The notes under the pieces were generated by a model that saw only the letters and a program-made list of their open reading frames with translations, was not told where the DNA came from and made no database searches. From contig JBFLZG010000049.1 in NCBI GenBank assembly GCA_040756235.1, forward strand, positions 1-11,817: 11,817 bases of DNA, read 5' to 3'. The position numbers and the translations under genes are program-made. Below, in pieces: positions 7,171 through 11,817 of the stretch. How positions within the stretch are numbered: position 1 is the stretch's first letter; every line of letters begins with the position of its first letter. This DNA is from a bacterium (GTDB lineage Bacteria; Desulfobacterota; DSWW01).

Positions 7171-7629
7171 ATGCTGAAAGGATTTCTCACGGAGTTCAGG
7201 GAATTTGCTATGCGCGGCAATGTCGTGGACATGGCCGTGGGGATCATCATCGGCGCCGCCTTCGGCGCCATCGTGAAATCCCTGGTTGCAGACGTCATCA
7301 TGCCGCCCATCGGCCTGATCCTGGGGAACGTGGATTTCTCCAATCTCTTCGTCGTGCTCAAAGACGGCGCCGCTGCCGCCGGGCCGTATGCCTCTCTGGC
7401 CGAAGCCCAAAAGGCCGGCGCAGTGACGGTCAACTACGGAATTTTCATCAATTCCGTGATCAGCTTCCTCATCGTGGCGCTGGCCGTATTTCTCCTCGTC
7501 CGAGGCATCAATCAGCTCAGGCGTCGGGAGGAAGCCGCGCCGACCACCAAGGACTGTCCGCACTGTCTGTCCAAGGTGGCGATCAAGGCCACCCGCTGCG
7601 CCTACTGCACCTCGGATCTCAAGGCTTAG
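7171..7629 (+). CDS. mscL: Large-conductance mechanosensitive channel with a C-terminal CxxC-x10-CxxC tail, 152 aa
   Basis: [41 protein letters not shown] (S1 + TM1), [16 protein letters not shown] (TM2) and tail CPHC...CAYC. SD GAGGAGG precedes ATG 7171. Confidence 0.97.
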   Translation: MLKGFLTEFREFAMRGNVVDMAVGIIIGAAFGAIVKSLVADVIMPPIGLILGNVDFSNLFVVLKDGAAAAGPYASLAEAQKAGAVTVNYGIFINSVISFLIVALAVFLLVRGINQLRRREEAAPTTKDCPHCLSKVAIKATRCAYCTSDLKA

Positions 7630-7752
7630 CAGGCCGTTGAAAAAGGCCCATCTGCTGCGTTGCGCTCGTTTATCGTCACTGCGGCGTACGTGAGTACGCC
7701 TCGTTCCTCAAACTTCGCGCGCCTTGCATCTGGACTTTTTTGAACGGCCTGC
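7629..7752. repeat. ~124-nt palindromic intergenic element (MITE/REP-like), copy 1
   Basis: Imperfect terminal inverted repeats GCAGGCCGTTGAAAAAGGCC / GGACTTTTTTGAACGGCCTGC (outer 10 bp perfect) and a central hairpin GGCGTAC-GTGA-GTACGCC (7683-7700). Three sequence blocks recur at 11590-11766. It lies between the convergent mscL and amidase genes. Confidence 0.75.
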
Positions 7753-7795
7753 GCGTTTGGTCTTTTTTTCGCGGGCTGTCACTGATGGAGACGAG

Positions 7796-9292
7796 TCAGT
7801 ACCCGGGGGGGCGCCTGAAGGGGCCGGTCACTTCCTGCAGCCGGGAAGCGGCTGCCAGGAGGCCCATGTCCTGCCAGCGCCGCCCCACGACCTGGACGGC
7901 GATGGGCATGCCGTCGTGAGTGAGCGCTACGGGCAGGATGATGACCGGGCTCCCGGTCAGGTTGAACGGGGTGGCGTAGGACATGGTGGCGGTGTAGTAT
8001 TCCAGCTCGCGGCCGTCCACATCGATCGGCCGGGTGGATCTGGGCAGGCCGGAGGACCGATGGGTGAAGGCCGGGGTAGAGGCGACCGGGCATATCCAGG
8101 CGTCCCATTTCGACAGGAAGCGCTCCAGCGCTGCGATCAGCGAGTCCCGGCGCACCAGGGCGCTCATGTAGTCGCGCAGACCCAGCGTCACGCCCCGGTT
8201 GATCGCCCGATAGAGAGGCACCTTTCGGAAAATGATCGGCCCCACCAGGCGCGAGGCGGCTCGCAAGGCCCGCGACACGTTGAACCCGACTTCCGCTCCT
8301 AGTATCTCGCCGTAGGTCTGCCAGGCCGCTTCGAAATCGAAGTCGACCGGGCTCGACCGCTCCACGCGGCAACCGACGTTCGACAGGCGATCGGCGAGAT
8401 CGCTCAGCATCGTGCGCGTCTCGCCGGATACGGGCACCCCGGCGAAATCGTCCGTCCAGGCGATCCGGAGATCGGCAAGGTCAGGGACGGGCTGCTCGAC
8501 CAGAGAGACGGGCGGCACCTCCCAGTCCCGGCCGTCCGATCCGGACATGAGCACCAGCGCGAGCCTGAGATCCTCCAGCGAGCGCGCCAGGGGACCGAAC
8601 ACGCCCAGATGGCGGGTGGTGCGAAGCTGGCCGGGCAGCTCGGGAATGTGGCCGGCCGACGAGACGAGGTGCTCCGTGGGCTTGCATCCCAAGACGCCGC
8701 AGAAGTGGGACGGGATCCGGATGGAGCCGCCGATGTCGCTGCCGAGCTCCAGAGGGGAGAATCCTGCGGCGACCGCTGCCGCGCCTCCGCCGGTGCTGCC
8801 CCCGGGCGTCCGCGTCGCGTCCCAGGGGTTGCGTGCGGGTCCGAAGAGCGGGCTGTTGCTCTGCAGGTCCATGGCCAGCTCGGGCATGTTGGTCTTGCCC
8901 AGGATGATGGCGCCGGCCTGCCGGAGGCGCGCCACCGGGGTCGCGTCGGTCTTGGGCAGGTATTCCAGGAGCGGCCGGTGGCTGCTGGTCGTGCGCAGGC
9001 CGCTCGTTTCGAAGGCATCCTTGATGGTCACCGGCACCCCGTGCAGCGGGCCCCAGAGCCTGCCGCGGGCGAGGTCGGCATCCGCCTCGGCGGCCCGCTG
9101 CCGGGCCCGGTCGCTGTCGAGCGTCACGATGGAGTTGAGGCGCTCGTTGTGACGCCCGATCTGCTCCAGGTGGGCCTCCACGACTTCGGCGGCCGAGACT
9201 TGCCGCTGCCGAATCATGGAGGCCAGCTCGGTGGCGGTCCGGTAGATCAGCTCGGTCGCGGGCTGCCTGCGCTGAGCGGTGGCGAACGTCAT
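7796..9292 (-). CDS. Amidase signature (AS) family enzyme, substrate unknown
   Basis: GPLHGVPVTIKD (catalytic Lys), GAIILGKTNMPE, RNPWD..RTPGGSTGG (cis-Ser), GSDIGGSIRIP (nucleophile Ser) and PFNLTGSP. AGGA precedes ATG 9292. No gatB/gatC neighbours, so it is not called gatA. Confidence 0.95.
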   Translation of the reverse strand: MTFATAQRRQPATELIYRTATELASMIRQRQVSAAEVVEAHLEQIGRHNERLNSIVTLDSDRARQRAAEADADLARGRLWGPLHGVPVTIKDAFETSGLRTTSSHRPLLEYLPKTDATPVARLRQAGAIILGKTNMPELAMDLQSNSPLFGPARNPWDATRTPGGSTGGGAAAVAAGFSPLELGSDIGGSIRIPSHFCGVLGCKPTEHLVSSAGHIPELPGQLRTTRHLGVFGPLARSLEDLRLALVLMSGSDGRDWEVPPVSLVEQPVPDLADLRIAWTDDFAGVPVSGETRTMLSDLADRLSNVGCRVERSSPVDFDFEAAWQTYGEILGAEVGFNVSRALRAASRLVGPIIFRKVPLYRAINRGVTLGLRDYMSALVRRDSLIAALERFLSKWDAWICPVASTPAFTHRSSGLPRSTRPIDVDGRELEYYTATMSYATPFNLTGSPVIILPVALTHDGMPIAVQVVGRRWQDMGLLAAASRLQEVTGPFRRPPGY

Positions 9293-9387
9293 GGCTGTCC
9301 TGCGGAGTTGTGATATCCTTTTTTTCGGCTGAAACCGGCCAAAGCATGATGGTTTTCGGCAGGAAATTGCATGCGGAGAGGCACAAG

Positions 9388-10365
9388 ATGATCTCGAATG
9401 AGCTCCAGGGTTCGGTCGGTCCGGTTCAAGCAGACCGGCGCAAGACCGCGGCCATCCGATGCCGCGGCCTGGTCAAGCACTATGGAGACGTCCGGGCGGT
9501 GGACGGCCTCGAGCTGGAGGTAGGCGAGGGCGAGTGTTTCGGCCTCCTGGGCCCCAATGGTGCCGGCAAGACCACGACCCTCGAGATCCTGGAGGGGATC
9601 AACAGGCCGGACCGCGGGATCGTCGAAGTGCTCGGCCGGACCTGGACCAAGGGCAAGGAGGCCTCCCTGCGCGAACGCCTCGGGATCCAGCTCCAGGAAG
9701 CCCGCTTTGCCGAAAAGCTCACCGTCATGGAGACGGTGCGCCTGTTTCGCAGCTTCTACAAGGACGGTTACGAAGCGGAAGACGTGATCCGGATCGTCGA
9801 GCTGAGCGAAAAGAGCAGAACCCGCGTGGGCAAGCTCTCGGGAGGCCAGAAACAGCGGCTGACCCTCGCCTGCGCGCTGGTGGGGGCTCCGGAGCTCCTG
9901 TTTCTCGACGAGCCCACGACCGGCCTCGACCCGCAGGCACGCTTCAAGATCTGGGAGCTCGTGGAGGACTTCAAGCGGCGCGGCGTGACCGTGCTGCTGA
10001 CCACTCACTACATGGAGGAGGCGGCCCGTCTGTGCGACCGGGTCGCCATCATGGACCTGGGCAGGGTGATCGCAATGGGCCCTCCGGGAGAGCTTGTCGC
10101 GTCACTGGGGGCGGACCAGGTGATCGAGCTCCGGGTGGAAGGCGACTTCGATGAGACAGGCCTCGCCGCGCTGCCGCAGGTGACTTCCCTCACGCGGAGA
10201 AGAGACGAGCTCCTGCTCACGGTGCAGAACGTAGCGGAGGCCCTGCCCGGGCTCATGGCAGAGGTCGGGCGCCGGCAGGCGCGGCTGGCCTCCGTGGCGA
10301 CCCACCAGGCCACCCTTGAGGACGTGTTCCTCAAGCTGACTGGGAGGAGGTTGCGCGATGTCTGA
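9388..10365 (+). CDS. ABC-2 (DrrA/NodI-like) exporter ATP-binding protein
   Basis: Walker A GPNGAGKT, Q-loop, signature LSGGQKQR, Walker B LLFLDEPTTGLD, H-loop TTHYMEEA and C-terminal ATLEDVFLKLTG. Start moved to ATG 9388, which follows GGAGAGG. Confidence 0.94.
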   Translation: MISNELQGSVGPVQADRRKTAAIRCRGLVKHYGDVRAVDGLELEVGEGECFGLLGPNGAGKTTTLEILEGINRPDRGIVEVLGRTWTKGKEASLRERLGIQLQEARFAEKLTVMETVRLFRSFYKDGYEAEDVIRIVELSEKSRTRVGKLSGGQKQRLTLACALVGAPELLFLDEPTTGLDPQARFKIWELVEDFKRRGVTVLLTTHYMEEAARLCDRVAIMDLGRVIAMGPPGELVASLGADQVIELRVEGDFDETGLAALPQVTSLTRRRDELLLTVQNVAEALPGLMAEVGRRQARLASVATHQATLEDVFLKLTGRRLRDV

Positions 10366-11587
10366 TCGAGCCAGGAGCGGGGCGGATCGGGACCCGCCGG
10401 AGGACAGCGGGCGCTTGGCCCTTCGTCCCGCCGCGGGCGAGAAGACAAGGAGGGGCCGGACCTTCCACCCGCTGATCGAGCTGGTCCTGTCCCGCATCCG
10501 GGAGTTCGTGCGGGAGCCCGAGGCCGTGTTCTGGGTCTTCATCTTCCCGGTCCTCCTGGCACTTGCTCTGGGCATCGCCTTCCGCGGCCAGCCGACACCG
10601 AAACTGCGAGTCGCCCTGGACGATCGTGTCTCTGGAGCCCCTCGCATGCTGGCCTTTTTCCGGGAGAGGGCGGATCTCGATCCGGTCTTGCTCTCCCGTG
10701 CCGAAGCCCTCGAGCGGCTCCGCACCGGCAAGGTCGAGCTGGTGGTCGCTCCGGCCGGGGAGGGAGGTGACGGGACGGCCATGAAACCTGCCGCCGCCGG
10801 GACAGCTTCTTTTCGTGCTTCGTCCGATGCGGCCTCCGAGGGAGCGCCGCCGGCTCTCGTGACCTATCTCTACGATCCCACGAGGCCCGAGAGCCGCCTG
10901 GCCCGCCTGGCCGCGGACGAGGCCCTGCAGCGAGGCATGGGCCGCAAGGACGCGGCCGGGGTCAGCGAGAGCATCGTGACCGAGCCGGGGTCCCGCTACA
11001 TCGACTACCTCATTCCGGGCCTGATCGGGCTCAATCTCATGGCGAGCGGGATGTGGGGCATAGGCTTCAACGTCGTCGAGTCGCGCACCCGCAAGCTCCT
11101 GAAGCTCCTGACCGCGACGCCCATGCGGCGGTCCCACTACCTGCTTTCGTTCATGCTCTCCCGCCTGCTCTTCCTCATTCTGGAAGTGGTGGCGCTCGTC
11201 GGCTTCGGCTGGCTGGTGTTCGATGTCGAGGTGCGCGGGTCGATTCTCGGCCTGGCCCTGATCCTGCTCGCCGGGGCCATGACCTTCGCGGGGCTCGGGA
11301 TGCTCGTGGCTGCCAGATCCAGGAGCATCGAAGCGGTCTCAGGCTGGATGAACTTCGTCATGCTCCCGATGTGGCTCCTGTCAGGGTCGTTCTTCTCCTA
11401 CTCGCGCTTCCCGGAGATCATGCACCCCCTGATCCGCCTGCTCCCCCTGACCGCCCTCAACGATGCCCTTCGGGCCGTCATGAATGACGGGCGCTCGCTC
11501 GCTGCCACCGGCTGGGAGCTGGCGGTGCTGGCGGGCTGGGGGGTGGTGTGCTTCGCCCTGGCCTTGCGCATCTTCCGCTGGCAGTAG
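10358..11587 (+). CDS. ABC-2 type exporter permease
   Basis: REFVREPEAVFWVFIFP, a large extracytoplasmic loop, RYIDYLIPGLIG, LLKLLTATPM, further TM helices and ALRIFRWQ. The start overlaps the ATPase stop (ATGTCTGA), suggesting translational coupling. Confidence 0.93.
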   Translation: MSDRARSGADRDPPEDSGRLALRPAAGEKTRRGRTFHPLIELVLSRIREFVREPEAVFWVFIFPVLLALALGIAFRGQPTPKLRVALDDRVSGAPRMLAFFRERADLDPVLLSRAEALERLRTGKVELVVAPAGEGGDGTAMKPAAAGTASFRASSDAASEGAPPALVTYLYDPTRPESRLARLAADEALQRGMGRKDAAGVSESIVTEPGSRYIDYLIPGLIGLNLMASGMWGIGFNVVESRTRKLLKLLTATPMRRSHYLLSFMLSRLLFLILEVVALVGFGWLVFDVEVRGSILGLALILLAGAMTFAGLGMLVAARSRSIEAVSGWMNFVMLPMWLLSGSFFSYSRFPEIMHPLIRLLPLTALNDALRAVMNDGRSLAATGWELAVLAGWGVVCFALALRIFRWQ

Positions 11588-11589
11588 AG

Positions 11590-11766
11590 AGGCTGGCGAC
11601 AAACGCCCATCTGCGGCGTTGCGCTCATGGCGCACGGAGGCGGGGGCAGCCTGCCCCGGCGCAGGCCGGGTTCCACCGCAATTCCCGTTACGCCTCATTC
11701 CTCGGGATTTGTCCTGCCAAGGGTCGGACACCCCATCTTCGGATGGGTCCCCATTCGCGTGCCTTG
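11590..11766. repeat. Expanded, diverged copy 2 of the palindromic intergenic element
   Basis: 11590-11626 matches 7631-7667 at 31/37 positions, 11689-11703 matches 7695-7709 at 14/15, and 11754-11766 matches 7714-7726 at 12/13. The blocks are colinear and separated by longer hairpin-rich spacers. Confidence 0.72.
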
Positions 11767-11817
11767 TGACGAAGAGAGAGTTGGCCCCACCGGGCTTTCT
11801 AGGGGCGCAGCTTGCTG

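Noticed and set aside
3579..7563. Long minus-strand ORFs 3579..5588 (669 aa) and 6109..7563 (484 aa)
   Set aside because: They are antisense shadows of aqpZ/ompA and DUF481/mscL with no domain signatures.
7796..9292. Calling the amidase gatA
   Set aside because: There is no gatC/gatB context, and only the generic amidase-signature motifs are recognisable.
9356..9371. TCGGCAGGAAATTGCA as a sigma-54 promoter for the ABC exporter
   Set aside because: The spacing is GG-N9-GC, one base short, and it sits too close to the start codon.

Overview
GC-rich bacterial window; a Deltaproteobacteria/Desulfobacterota-like origin is inferred from gene content and repeat type only. On the minus strand at left are a soluble NtrB-like histidine kinase, a sigma-54 (NtrC-family) response regulator with a GAYTGA loop, and a receiver-domain ORF interrupted by an in-frame TAA at the window edge. 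A 546-bp divergent intergenic region holds a good sigma-70-like promoter, a highly structured ~270-nt leader and a tiny SD-led CxxC ORF. A plus-strand envelope/osmotic cluster follows: aqpZ, an OmpA/OprF-like porin with three Cys-rich TSP3-like repeats, a DUF481/YdiY-like outer-membrane barrel, and mscL with a C-terminal zinc-ribbon-like tail. The window ends with a minus-strand amidase-signature enzyme divergent from an ABC-2 exporter (ATPase + permease). Two related copies of a palindromic intergenic element follow the mscL and permease stop codons, and the second carries extra hairpin modules. The best candidates for something undescribed are the aqpZ-ompA-DUF481-mscL cluster with its structured leader and the modular palindromic repeat family.
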